64,000 nt of DNA. Source: a candidate division FCPU426 bacterium (lineage in GTDB: Bacteria; Oederibacteriota; Muellerivitia; Muellerivitales; Muellerivitaceae). Both the position numbers and the translations under genes were made by a program. The notes beneath the pieces are model-generated. The model saw only the letters and a list, made by a program, of their open reading frames with translations, ran no database searches and had not been told where the DNA came from. Shown one piece after another: positions 1-10,114 of the stretch. Location of the stretch: NCBI GenBank assembly GCA_963847625.1, contig CAWKAR010000019.1, forward strand, positions 96,001 to 160,000. The letters run 5' to 3'. Numbering within the stretch: the first letter of the stretch is position 1; every line of letters starts with the position of its first letter.

Positions 1-141
1 CATGGTACCCCGCCCAAGTACACGGCTAGGCCCCCGGGCATGCCGACCTTCAATAAGATGTCAAAAGTGGTCGGTATAGTACCGATTTCCATATTGGTTT
101 TTATGGTGAATCGGCACAAGCCCGGGGCCTTGGCAGCCGGT
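1..141 (+). ncRNA. Candidate structured ncRNA, copy 1 (5' part outside the window)
   Basis: Identical to 1402..1542 except one base (133 G vs 1534 A); nested stems; no credible ORF; strand inferred from copy 2. Confidence 0.55.
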
Positions 142-256
142 GAACGTTGCCGTCGGCTGCCCGCCAAGCCTTCCGGATAATGGCTAATTCAGGGTTGTTT
201 CTATTTTACTGGGAGCTTTGGAACCTGGGGGTATTGGGGGGTCAATCGGAGGCTGG

Positions 257-784
257 TCACGGCTTGGCCGGATGATAAACCATGGGCGGCGCGTACTTTT
301 TGAAGTTTTTCCGGTTCGCTGGGCCCAGACGGCGGAACGCCTGGGGGGAAAGGGTGAATCCCCCGGAACCCAGCATGGCGCAGATGTTCACGTTCTCGCC
401 AATGACGTCGGGCCGGGTCGAATGGGGCCCTCCCAGGCCGCCGAAAGTGACTTCCCCGAAATGGCACTTTACGTTCATGGCGCAGGCGCTCCAACTCCCC
501 TTCAGCCATTCGTCGACTTTTCGCTTCAGGGACATGAGGGCCATGATCCCTTCTTCGGCATGTTCCTCCTCGAAAACGGCCAAACCCCCGTCCCCGATGA
601 ACTTGATCAACAGTCCGTGTCCCTGGTGGACCGCTTCATCCACCAGGCGGCAGTATTGATTGAGAAAGTCGAAGATCTCGCGGCTGGGCTTGTTCCTGCA
701 GGAAACCGAGTATTTCGAAAGGTCAAAGAAGGCGATGAGCAGGTTCTTCTGGCTGGGCGGAATGGACGACGGGTTTCGAGTCAT
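257..784 (-). CDS. Stand-alone class III adenylate/guanylate cyclase domain protein
   Basis: Motifs IAFFDLSKYS, IKFIGDG, HFGEV and DVIGENVN typical of the cyclase homology domain. Confidence 0.85.
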   Translation of the reverse strand: MTRNPSSIPPSQKNLLIAFFDLSKYSVSCRNKPSREIFDFLNQYCRLVDEAVHQGHGLLIKFIGDGGLAVFEEEHAEEGIMALMSLKRKVDEWLKGSWSACAMNVKCHFGEVTFGGLGGPHSTRPDVIGENVNICAMLGSGGFTLSPQAFRRLGPANRKNFKKYAPPMVYHPAKP

Positions 785-1265
785 GGTTCCCCATGGATGT
801 TCTTGATGTGCAGTTGGCCTGTATGTCCAACGGTTAAGAGAGGAATATCATCAGCCCGTAAGCCGGGCAGTGATTCGATTATATGCCGATTAACAATGGG
901 CAACAAATAAGCGCATTACCGTCCACGACTCGCTGGCATTAACCGATATCCACAGGGCCAAAGAACCCCTTTAAAATCGGATTTCGGTCATTTTCGCGGC
1001 CGGAAAGGTTTTATTTTTTGCGGCGATTATCGGATCGACGGTTTCCTTTACGCGCAACACCCTCGCGCAATCCTATCAGTCTCCCCGGAAAACGCAGGTC
1101 GCCCGGTTTTCGGCGTTCGATTTTTCTTCGGTTAACAGTCAAAGCGGCTTTTTTCTTTTTAAGCATTTTTAGAATCCCCCTTTAATGTTCTTTTTTGAAA
1201 TATAAACCCAACAAAATAATTGGACATAGTAACCAGCGTATTTTAACCAATCCCCGGAAAAATTC

Positions 1266-1276
1266 TGGTATATAAC
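1266..1276 (+). promoter_or_regulatory. Possible (extended) -10 element for the candidate ncRNA
   Basis: TGGTATATAAC immediately before the structured GC-rich block, after an AT-rich tract; no clear -35. Confidence 0.3.
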
Positions 1277-1280
1277 AAAG

Positions 1281-1565
1281 GGCCCCTAGGAGCGGTTCAT
1301 CGCGGGATACTAAGAAATTCGCGGAAACTCACTGGGTAGTCAAGGGACGCCTTTCGCACCGCAGCGAAGGGCAGTGCCTTCGGGTCGCCACTTGGACGGG
1401 GCATGGTACCCCGCCCAAGTACACGGCTAGGCCCCCGGGCATGCCGACCTTCAATAAGATGTCAAAAGTGGTCGGTATAGTACCGATTTCCATATTGGTT
1501 TTTATGGTGAATCGGCACAAGCCCGGGGCCTTGACAGCCGGTAACCCGTTATTCTACAAGCTCCC
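1281..1565 (+). ncRNA. Candidate structured ncRNA, copy 2 (boundaries approximate)
   Basis: Stems 1349-57/1364-72, C(UUCG)G hairpin 1376-85, 1390-1401/1409-20, 1424-40/1521-40, 1441-49/1470-78, 1480-94/1503-18; duplicated at 1..141. Confidence 0.6.
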
Positions 1566-1697
1566 AGCCTGGATTCGCCTTACCAGTTGAAAAAAGGGAA
1601 AAACGCGGAGTATGTTAGTCAAGATAAGGATCGTTAGTTTTTGATTTTCTGAACAGGCCAGACCGTCCGTGCGCTAAATAATGAGGAAGTTATCCCA

Positions 1698-2264
1698 TTG
1701 AAAACGTTTAAAACTCTTGCCGCAACGATTGACGCTAAGGACCCATTTACTAAACACCATTCCGCATCTGTCGGGAAACTTTGCGAAGGTATCGCAAGGG
1801 AACTCGGTTGGAGCGAAAAGAATATTCAGTTATTGGTAAATGCGGCCTTGATGCATGACATAGGCAAAATCAACGTGCCCGAAGCCATTATTTCGAAGCC
1901 GGGAAAATTGAATGTGGTTGAGAAGCGCGTCATTGAGGAACACCCATCTATTGGAAATAATATATTGAAAGGCATCAAATTGCCGGGAATGGAAATCATC
2001 CGCAGGGCGGTACACGAGCATCATGAGCGGTGGAATGGATCAGGGTATCCCCGCCGTTTAAAAAAGAAAAAAATCTCAATGGAAGCGCGTATTATCGCTG
2101 TAGCCGATTCTTTTGACGCCATGACAACTGCTCGGCATTATAAAGTAAAGAAGGATAAAAAAACCGCGTTGGATGAAATACTTAGGCTTTCAGGCAAGTT
2201 GTATGATCCCGAGGTGGTGCGCGCATTTAAAAGATATTTCAAAACCGTTTGGGGAAGCTCCTAA
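1698..2264 (+). CDS. HD-GYP domain phosphodiesterase
   Basis: DAKDPFTKHHS, HDIGK, HHERWNGSGYP, IIAVADSFDAMT; TTG start after GAGG; possible promoter TTGAAA-N18-TATGTT at 1587-1616. Confidence 0.92.
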   Translation: MKTFKTLAATIDAKDPFTKHHSASVGKLCEGIARELGWSEKNIQLLVNAALMHDIGKINVPEAIISKPGKLNVVEKRVIEEHPSIGNNILKGIKLPGMEIIRRAVHEHHERWNGSGYPRRLKKKKISMEARIIAVADSFDAMTTARHYKVKKDKKTALDEILRLSGKLYDPEVVRAFKRYFKTVWGSS

Positions 2265-2496
2265 TAGCAAGAAGATCATGGGGGGCCAGGCGTCCGGGCC
2301 TATGCGCAGGGGTTTCGGGGAAGAAATTGAAACTGGTTTAATCATTCCTAATAACCCTAGCCTAACTGGCCTTCCCTCAATATTCGATCCAATTTTGATT
2401 TACGGTAACCTATAAAACCCAACCACGCGGGATGGGAGCTCAGCTGAACTGGTCCCTGGATTTCCCGCCAGGGATTGCCTGTTCCGCGTGAGTCAT

Positions 2497-4302
2497 TCAT
2501 TTTTTCAAGGCGTAGATCAGGGCACTGCAACTGGCGGTATCCGTGACATAAAGGTTATTCTCGGGATCGATGGTGATCCCGTTGTATTTCGGGGGGATTT
2601 TATAATTGCCCTGGGGCGTGCCGAATTCCGTCAAATAGTAGCCCTCAGGATCGAATACCTGGATCCTCAGGTTCCGATCGGTCACGAAAATATTTCTTTT
2701 CGAGTCGGCCGCGACACCCACCGGCGCCGAGAACTCCCCGCGGCCGTTTCCCCTTTTGCCGAACTTGCTTTTGAAAACGCCGCGATTCGTGAAGATTTGC
2801 ACCCGGTAGTTTTTTTCATCCACCACCAATAGGTTCGAGGCGTTATCCATGGTAATCCCCGCGGGGCTGTTGAACTCGCCCAACCTTGTCCCCTGCATCC
2901 CGAATTTGTTCAAGACCTTTCCGGCCGGGTTGAAAACGCGGATCCGGTGGTTGCCCGTGTCGGAAACGTAAATATTGTCCTTGTCGTCCAACGCCAGGGC
3001 TTGGGGGCCGTAAAATCCGCCGGAGCCGCTTTCTATTCTTCCCGTCGTGGGGGAGGCGGGCTCGCCGAATTTCGTGATGAGTTCCCCCGATTTCCCGATG
3101 ACCTTGACCGAGCAGGTCTTAGCGTCCAGGACGACGAGGTTCCCGCCCTGGTCGATGGCGATGGAAACCGGCATGAGGAAGCAAACTTCCTTTGGATCGC
3201 CCGTGTCTTTCCCCAATTGGCCGATCGAATGGAGGAATCTACCCTCGGTGCTGAAAACCTGGATGTTGCCTTTCATGGAATCGCAAACATAAATCCGTTT
3301 TTGGGCGTCCACCGCGACGGAAAGGGGCGAGAGAAAATACCCTTCCTCTTTTCCCTGGCTCCCGATGGTCCCCACCAGCTTGTAATGGTAGCCCTGGTAC
3401 CGGAGCGTGTTGATATCCGCCGCGTCCTTGACCTGTTTTTTCCGGGAATCTTGCACCAGGGTATGGGTCAACACTTCCGGGCTTTTACTTTCAACCGAAA
3501 TCAGGCCTGAAAGCAGGGAAGGCGGGATTTTCTCCAAGTCGCGCTTCATTTCATCCGCGGACTGGTACCGTTTCGATTGCTCCTTTTGCATGGCTTTTAA
3601 AATGACCGCTTCCAGTTCCCTGGAAATCCCGGGATTCAACTGATGGGGCGCGGGCGGTTCATTGTTTAAAATCTTGTTCAGGATTTCCATGGGGGCGCCC
3701 TCGGAAAACGGGAGTTTGCCCGTGACCATCTCGTAAAGGATGACCCCCACCGAATAGAGGTCGGAGGCGGGCGTGGAATGGCCTAACACTTGTTCCTTGG
3801 CCATGTAGTAAAGGGTCCCCCCCATTCCGGCGTTGTCTTGGCCCTCCTGGATAAAAGCCGTGCCGAAATCCGTGATCTTGGCTTTCCTGTCCGACGTCAG
3901 GAGGATGTTCCCGGGTTTCAGGTCGCGGTGAATGACGTTCTTTTCATGGGCGTACTGCAACCCGGAAAGAATCTGGATGATAATATCGACCCCCTCCTTG
4001 TAAGTAAGTGTTTTTTCCTTGAGAAGCTGGGCTAGGTTTTTCCCGTCCACGTATTCCATGACCATGAAAAAAATGTTCTCAGCCCGGTCGACGGTCAGGA
4101 TTTGGACGATATTGGGATGGTCCAGCGAGGCCAGCAGTTTGGGTTCGGCGATGAGGGTGGTGAATTCCTCTTTTTGGTTGTGGGGGATTTTGATGGCGAC
4201 TTGCTTTTTGATCCAGGTGTCTTCCGCCAGCCAAACAGTGCCGAAGGTGCCGCTCCCCTTAATCTCCAGAAGCTTGTATTTATCGATACTGCCTTGAAGC
4301 AT
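2497..4302 (-). CDS. Ser/Thr protein kinase with C-terminal NHL-repeat propeller
   Basis: GSGTFGTV, VAIK, HRDLKPGN, DFG; NHL repeats (IYVSDTGNHRIRVF, FNSPAGI). Confidence 0.92.
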   Translation of the reverse strand: MLQGSIDKYKLLEIKGSGTFGTVWLAEDTWIKKQVAIKIPHNQKEEFTTLIAEPKLLASLDHPNIVQILTVDRAENIFFMVMEYVDGKNLAQLLKEKTLTYKEGVDIIIQILSGLQYAHEKNVIHRDLKPGNILLTSDRKAKITDFGTAFIQEGQDNAGMGGTLYYMAKEQVLGHSTPASDLYSVGVILYEMVTGKLPFSEGAPMEILNKILNNEPPAPHQLNPGISRELEAVILKAMQKEQSKRYQSADEMKRDLEKIPPSLLSGLISVESKSPEVLTHTLVQDSRKKQVKDAADINTLRYQGYHYKLVGTIGSQGKEEGYFLSPLSVAVDAQKRIYVCDSMKGNIQVFSTEGRFLHSIGQLGKDTGDPKEVCFLMPVSIAIDQGGNLVVLDAKTCSVKVIGKSGELITKFGEPASPTTGRIESGSGGFYGPQALALDDKDNIYVSDTGNHRIRVFNPAGKVLNKFGMQGTRLGEFNSPAGITMDNASNLLVVDEKNYRVQIFTNRGVFKSKFGKRGNGRGEFSAPVGVAADSKRNIFVTDRNLRIQVFDPEGYYLTEFGTPQGNYKIPPKYNGITIDPENNLYVTDTASCSALIYALKK

Positions 4303-4432
4303 GCATTTCCCCTCACGCTGGATGGGTCTCATTAGGCCAAGCCGTTCATGAGGCCCGGCCTCCTTATTCTGGATAAAAAATAGTTATTCATAAAGCGTAT
4401 TCCAATGAATGATTTCTTAGTATTTGGCGGGA

Positions 4433-4519
4433 AAAAGCTGAATTTTTGGGATTTTCAAAGTCAAGACAATCGGTAGAAACCTGTCGCAGGAAGAGAAAGT
4501 TCGACCGAATAGGCTCCCT
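4433..4519. repeat. Diverged direct-repeat copy of the 3' end of the GH27 gene (partner 7270..7354)
   Basis: Shared blocks ATCGGTAGAAACCTGT and AAGTTCGACCGAATAGGCTCCC; minus strand reads GAYSVELSLPATGFYRLS* vs GAYSVELPPHGTGFYRLS*. Confidence 0.8.
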
Positions 4520-4838
4520 ACTAGAAAGGCCCCCACCCTGGTTTCGGCCAGGTTGGCTATTTTTGAAAGAAGTAAAAAGGGTGCTGGTTAAAGTTACAAA
4601 CACAAATGACGGCTTATTAATTTCCCTTCACCCAGATCAAATTCCATTCATTATTAACAACCAAGATGGGACCGGGACGAATTGGTTAAATTCCGCTTAC
4701 AAAATTTCAGTTTCCCAAAGCGATAAACAAACGATTTTGGATTCAATTGCTCAAAATTGATTCGGAAAGAAATGCTGTGAGTAATAAAACCTTAAAAGAT
4801 TTTCCCCATTTTGTGCCTGTATTTGAGAGAATTTTGGT

Positions 4839-5495
4839 ATGGAAATCACTTTTACTTATTACTTCAACCACATTTTATTTCCGAAAACAATTTTCCACGC
4901 ATTTTCGTTTCTTGGAATTTGCGGTAGTGATGTTGTTGTGCCCCTTCTTATTGGTGGATTGGATTATTTATACATGAGATATTGGAAAAATAATCCTGCA
5001 CAAGCGAAAGATATTATTCGTCATGCGTTTAAATTTTCTGTTGGCGCATTTGCAGTTATAACTTCCGTGATTATCGGTAGTTTAATAAATGCTGGTTATG
5101 AATCTTATAACGAGTTGAATAAAAAAGTAGTCGGTCTAGAAAAAACACAAAAAAAAGAAGTGAGGGATTTTTTAAAAGAAATGGAAAATTCTAAAAATGC
5201 TCTTAAGGATATAGGGTATGAATATTTAAAAACAGAAGCTAATCCTAACTATAATCCAACTCAAAAATATCAGGATATTGTAAATGCTATAAGCCAATAC
5301 TTGACTAAAAAGTTGGGTTTTCAATACGGCTATGATTTTGGGCATATTACAGGTGATGAGCTACCACCAAATAGTTATTTGCCGGGTCTAGACCGAAGAT
5401 TTAATCCTCAATTTACTTCAATCCAAAAACGATTGAAGGCACTTTCTATTCTTCAAGAAGATGTTTCGGAAGGAAAAATTCATGTCCATAGGTAA
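4839..5495 (+). CDS. Hypothetical membrane protein (AT-rich island)
   Basis: 218-aa ORF with hydrophobic segments. Confidence 0.6.
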   Translation: MEITFTYYFNHILFPKTIFHAFSFLGICGSDVVVPLLIGGLDYLYMRYWKNNPAQAKDIIRHAFKFSVGAFAVITSVIIGSLINAGYESYNELNKKVVGLEKTQKKEVRDFLKEMENSKNALKDIGYEYLKTEANPNYNPTQKYQDIVNAISQYLTKKLGFQYGYDFGHITGDELPPNSYLPGLDRRFNPQFTSIQKRLKALSILQEDVSEGKIHVHR

Positions 5496-5594
5496 ATCAT
5501 TTTCACTTCAATAAACCCGAAACCATAAAAAGCCAACCAACCAGCCCAATAAAAAAAGACCAAAGTGGATTGCCCAGGTGGTCTTGTTTAAGGG

Positions 5595-6134
5595 TCACCG
5601 TATATCCCAACCTGGTCTTGAATTTTCCGCAGGAGCTACAAGTGGGGTTGGAACACCTGATGCTGGAACACCTGAGGCGGATTTGTGATTGTTTGAATTA
5701 TTCTCTTCTTCATTAGGATTAACTGTGTCTCCACTTGGATGTGCATAAACCGGACTTTCCAAAACAATAAATTTAATTCTGCTGTTTGTTGCTGAAAGCA
5801 CTTTTATTTTCGTACTCCGGAAAGTGATAATTTTATCCTCTGTAATATCATAAGTTAAATCTTGGGTGAAGGCTTGGCGGGCCAAATTGTCGGAGAATTC
5901 CCTATAGAAAATTTTAATTATTTTTCCTTGTTTACCTGAATAGGTTAATGTCGTTTCAAACTTGCTTTCAATATTTCCATTAGTATCATTCTTTCTTTCA
6001 TCAGTCACATCAATCATTACATCTCCAACATTTGAAGTTAATACCTCACCTCTAGAAAAATTGTACATACGATAAACGCTGAACGTACATCCGCTAATAC
6101 CCAAAACCATCAACCCCAAGAATATTTTTTTCAA
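5595..6134 (-). CDS. Hypothetical lipoprotein
   Basis: TTG start after AAGGAG; signal peptide with lipobox ISGC. Confidence 0.7.
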   Translation of the reverse strand: MKKIFLGLMVLGISGCTFSVYRMYNFSRGEVLTSNVGDVMIDVTDERKNDTNGNIESKFETTLTYSGKQGKIIKIFYREFSDNLARQAFTQDLTYDITEDKIITFRSTKIKVLSATNSRIKFIVLESPVYAHPSGDTVNPNEEENNSNNHKSASGVPASGVPTPLVAPAENSRPGWDIR

Positions 6135-6147
6135 AATATTTCTCCTT

Positions 6148-6294
6148 TCAATGATTGCCAAATGCATGGTTTATAAAGCTTTGGTTTCTATTATTCGCTT
6201 CATTGTTTTCCCATTTTTGAACTGTCCATACCCAGAGACCAGCTATAGTAATAATGGCGATTATCCATAAAATGAATTTTTGTCTTGGGGTCAT
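6148..6294 (-). CDS. Small single-pass membrane protein
   Basis: MTPRQKFILWIIAIITIAGLWVW; GGAGG RBS. Confidence 0.5.
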   Translation of the reverse strand: MTPRQKFILWIIAIITIAGLWVWTVQKWENNEANNRNQSFINHAFGNH

Positions 6295-6367
6295 TCTTGG
6301 CCCTCCAAAATGTGCTCTTTGAATTACTCGCAATTGACGGTTCGGGTATAGCACACCTAAATCAAAG

Positions 6368-7012
6368 TCATTGTTCATCAAATTTTTTTATGCCATTATC
6401 TTTAAAGTATTTTTCTATTTCGTCAAATATCGGTTTCTTTTCCTTAACATATTTCCGCAATTTCCCAGGAGATGCGGAAGCCGAAAAAACAAAATTAATA
6501 AAATTTGAATACAGGAGTTTATTGAGCGTTTCCATACTACAATCCATTTCAATTAACTCTTTCATCAATACACACTTCGCTCTTAAATCGTTCGTAAATG
6601 ATTCTAAATTAAAATCAAAATCATTGGGAGGAAAATGAATTTTAGAATTCATAACAACCGTCCTATACAATTTTTGATAGATGTAATCATATACATCAAC
6701 AGTAACAAGTAAAATATATCCAGATGCGCTTTCGTACGTTTTTTTTACAGCAAGAATTTGTTTCATGAATTTTTCTCTAAGTTGTCCATTGGCCTGCCAT
6801 ATAGTTGCAAAACCTTTCAAATCTAGCATCCTTATTATTTCTTCAATTTCTCCCAAAAGTTCAAATTGTTTTTCTCTCCGCTTTGCATTTTGGTCAAACC
6901 TTAACTCATAAAATCTGAATAGACTATTTACGAAACCAGCTACCAACGCACCTACCAATGCGCCAACAAGAGCAGCAATTAATGGAATGTAAGATTGTGT
7001 GGCTGAACACAT
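6368..7012 (-). CDS. Hypothetical protein with N-terminal TM helix
   Basis: 214-aa AT-rich ORF, GAGG RBS. Confidence 0.65.
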   Translation of the reverse strand: MCSATQSYIPLIAALVGALVGALVAGFVNSLFRFYELRFDQNAKRREKQFELLGEIEEIIRMLDLKGFATIWQANGQLREKFMKQILAVKKTYESASGYILLVTVDVYDYIYQKLYRTVVMNSKIHFPPNDFDFNLESFTNDLRAKCVLMKELIEMDCSMETLNKLLYSNFINFVFSASASPGKLRKYVKEKKPIFDEIEKYFKDNGIKKFDEQ

Positions 7013-7296
7013 AACAATCCTCTGTTTGGTTAAATAGATGAATTAACTTAATTAATTAAGAGAAAGAATCAAAAGCACTACCACAAACGCTACCCCGCAA
7101 GGCTTTTTAAGCCCCTACCGGGAAAAGGTTCACACAATTTATATTAACTCAACATTAACTCAACTTGTAAAAACTATGTTTTTTAAGGGGAATAGTGGGT
7201 GAATAGGGTTAAAGAATAGTTATACACAAAGGTTATTCCATTGGGCGTTTTAATGGTTTTTGTTTTTTGAAAGGCCGAATTTCTGGATTTCCAACT

Positions 7297-8568
7297 TTAA
7301 GATAATCGGTAGAAACCTGTTCCGTGGGGCGGAAGTTCGACCGAATAGGCTCCCTTTTTTTCCTGCAGGAATTCCCCAGTCCAGATGTCCTTCATCACCG
7401 GGGGCTTCGGCAACCCGAATTCCTTCCAGAGCAATGGAAAGGTCATGGCGTTGTCCCCCAGGTTGAACAGGGCCAGGTAACGGACGCCGGGTTCTTGGGC
7501 CTTCGCGGCCCACACTATGAGGTCCCCCTGTTGGAAAAGTTCTCGGTTGTCCCGGCTGTTTTGGTTGACTTCCAAAAGGTCGCGGTTGGCCAGGAGCGAG
7601 TGGGTGAATTGGCCCAGGCAGGGCAGGTCCCCGCCCATCATGAGGGGGGAACGGAAAATCGCCCAAAGGGTCATGAGGGTTTTCTGCTCGTCCCGGCTCA
7701 GGCGGTTTTCCCATCCATCCGGCCCCTCCTTCCAGATGGCAAGCCGGCCCAGTGGAAGCATGTCCAGGTCCGGCCAATGGCCGGGTCCCGAACGGCCCTG
7801 CCAAAGGCGGGCGACCTGGAATTGCTTCTTGACTTGGTCCCACTCGTCCCAGACGTCGTCGGAGAGCCGCCACATTTGGGCGTGCTCCCCCAGGTGCTTT
7901 TCCAAGGCGGGCGTGACGATGGGCCCTCCCGGGGAAAGGCTCAAGACCATTTCCCGCTTGCATCTCTTGATGGCCAAGGTCATGGCCTCGAGTTCGGGCG
8001 TGTGGTATATCGGCGACAGCATGTCGTCCGCCTTCACGAAGTCCACGCCCCATTGGGCGTACAACTTGAAGATGGAATCGTAATAAGCCTGAGCGCCGGA
8101 TTTCTGCATGTCCACCCCGAACATGTCGGGGTTCCAGGGGCATGTGCTTTGAGGGTCGGCGATATCACCCGCGCGGACATTAGAGTCCAGAACGGGCGTT
8201 TTCATCAAGACCGCCTGCTTGGGGATGCCCCTCATGATGTGGATGCCGAACTTGAGCCCCAGGGAGTGGACATAGTCCGCCAGGGGCTTGAAGCCGGCCC
8301 CGTCCTTGGCGGAGGGAAAGCGGTTGGGGGCCGGGAACAGCCTCCCCCACATGTCCATTTCCAGGTTGGCGCCGGGCTGGTAGCTGTGCCCTTTCGCGTC
8401 GGGGGCGGACCATTGGATATCCACCACAATGTATTCCCATCCATAGTCCAGGAGGCGCTGTTTCATCACCTCGGCGTTGGCCCGAACCTGCTCTTCCGTG
8501 ACCGCGGTGCCGTAGCAATCCCAGCTGTTCCATCCCAAGGGGGGTTTTTGAGCTAAGGACAGGGTCAT
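7297..8568 (-). CDS. Glycoside hydrolase family 27 (alpha-galactosidase-like)
   Basis: PPLGWNSWD, YIVVDIQW, WGVDFVKAD, WRLSDD, WPDLDMLPLG. Confidence 0.93.
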   Translation of the reverse strand: MTLSLAQKPPLGWNSWDCYGTAVTEEQVRANAEVMKQRLLDYGWEYIVVDIQWSAPDAKGHSYQPGANLEMDMWGRLFPAPNRFPSAKDGAGFKPLADYVHSLGLKFGIHIMRGIPKQAVLMKTPVLDSNVRAGDIADPQSTCPWNPDMFGVDMQKSGAQAYYDSIFKLYAQWGVDFVKADDMLSPIYHTPELEAMTLAIKRCKREMVLSLSPGGPIVTPALEKHLGEHAQMWRLSDDVWDEWDQVKKQFQVARLWQGRSGPGHWPDLDMLPLGRLAIWKEGPDGWENRLSRDEQKTLMTLWAIFRSPLMMGGDLPCLGQFTHSLLANRDLLEVNQNSRDNRELFQQGDLIVWAAKAQEPGVRYLALFNLGDNAMTFPLLWKEFGLPKPPVMKDIWTGEFLQEKKGAYSVELPPHGTGFYRLS

Positions 8569-8726
8569 GATGGGTTCTATCCTTTACAACAAGTAAAAGC
8601 AAAAAGACATGGAACCGCCGATCAAATCCGATGTCCCGCATCTCAATAAAGGAGTTAATGGATTGCGGGACAATACCACTTTCATTTGAAATCCTTTCAA
8701 TAGTGAAGTGGCATGTGCCAATCTAA

Positions 8727-8790
8727 CATGAAAATATTTCGAGATTGGTACTATACCAGCCTCATTGAATATTTATGGAAGGCTGGCATG
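8727..8790. repeat. Intergenic repeat with hairpin ATACCAGCC..GGCTGGCAT (partner 9751..9815)
   Basis: About 64-bp imperfect direct repeat on both sides of the 8906..9603 gene; adjacent palindrome GACGCCGATAA..TTATCGGCGTT at 8791-8840. Confidence 0.65.
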
Positions 8791-8905
8791 GACGCCGATA
8801 AGTTTTAGAAAGCCTTAAACTATAAGCCGTTATCGGCGTTTATCGGCCGTTATCTGCGGTAAATAAATTTCTTTACGTGCCGTAAAGGTATTGTCACCAA
8901 AACTT

Positions 8906-9603
8906 TTATTGGCTTGCGCGGGCCTTGAGAATGGCATGCAGTTTTTGGTCCACGTATTGCATGCACCAAAAATGCTTGGGGTTGAACCCGAACTCGTCGG
9001 CGCAGGCCTTGCACTCCACGGTTTTCGCCCGGCAAATCTTGTCGAATTGGGACAGCGACAGGATCACGAAATGGAATTCCATGACCTTATCCTTCAACAT
9101 TTTCCCGTCGTATTGCTCGTCCGACCAGGGCATGGCCTCGTCATCCACCAGCCAGGCGAAAGTCTTGCATGACTTCCAGCGCCAGTCGTCCGAGGTGGAG
9201 ATGAAAAGCAGCCGGATCTCCGGCTGGTCGCCGCCCTCCGCGCCCTTATCCGGGACCGCGCAAAGCAGGTTAAAGTGGATGCCGGTAGAATTATCCTTAG
9301 GATCCATCATTTGGAGTTGGTCGATGCTGAAACTGTTCTCCAAGGTGATCTTCGTGAACTTTTTGAATTTGTCGTGTTTGACGATGAAATGCGAGGAATT
9401 GGCCCGGATGAAATCATCGAATTCGGCGCTGGTAAACTGCGGTGCCTCTTCCGCTGGTTGTGCGGCCGGTTGGACGCCGACCGGGGGGGAGGTATTTCGG
9501 TGGAAGTGGGCGAAGGCGCGGCGGAAGTCTGGTCGTAGGCATACTGCCCCAAGGCCATGGCCGGCAATAGGGCGCACAAAAAGAGGAAAAGATTCATTTT
9601 CAC
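8906..9603 (-). pseudogene. Secreted hypothetical protein with a frameshift in a C7 tract
   Basis: Signal peptide (MNLFLFLCALLPAMALG) and body (PVGVQPAAQPAEEAPQF...) lie in different frames; C7 to C8 at 9483-9489 joins them. Confidence 0.65.
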
Positions 9604-9727
9604 GGCGGCACCTCGCAAATGAATTTTTATTAGTATAACGGGAGGCCCCACCCCGATTCAAAGGTTCTTATAAATGGCTATGCATATATACATATTATGT
9701 GTTTTCACACCTCTCCAAAATAATACC

Positions 9728-10000
9728 TAGCCACGGATATGCCGATCATCCATAAAAACATAATGAGATCGGTATGATACCAGCCCCATTAAAAGCTTTA
9801 TTGAAGGCTGGCATGCTTTTTATGAGTGTTTTTGCTATCCCCATCCATCCCCTGAATCCGTGGCTAAGCCATGACTTTGTTTTACGACTTAAAAAATCTT
9901 TTGCCACAGATGCATGGGATTCATGGGTTTTAACAAACACAAATATTTAAAGCCTTTTTTCTTAGCCCAATCTAAATGCATCCCCTGAATCCGTGGCTAA
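9728..10000. repeat. Two palindromic GCCACRGAT..ATCYGTGGC elements (9728-9866 and 9901-10000)
   Basis: Terminal inverted repeats; shared tail CATCCCCTGAATCCGTGGCTAAG; further copies at 12487 and 57767. Confidence 0.8.
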
Positions 10001-10114
10001 GTACTTGGTTTTGCTTAACGCCTTTAAGACCTAAGAACACCTGATTTTATTTATCATTGTTTCTTGGAATTTGTTTTATGTGGACAGCTATGAAGTGATT
10101 TAATTCTTAAAAGC

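Noticed and set aside
218..910. 230-aa plus-strand ORF and similar long antisense ORFs (e.g. 7324..8556, 35032..36018, 50830..51672)
   Set aside because: These are shadow frames of GC-rich genes that have clear motifs in another frame or strand.
1281..1565. Assignment to c-di-GMP-I, T-box, cobalamin, HDV-like, SRP, RNase P or 6S RNA
   Set aside because: Only short fragments resemble these families (TGGTACC, GCCACT, GACAGCCGG); the full diagnostic motif sets were not found by eye.
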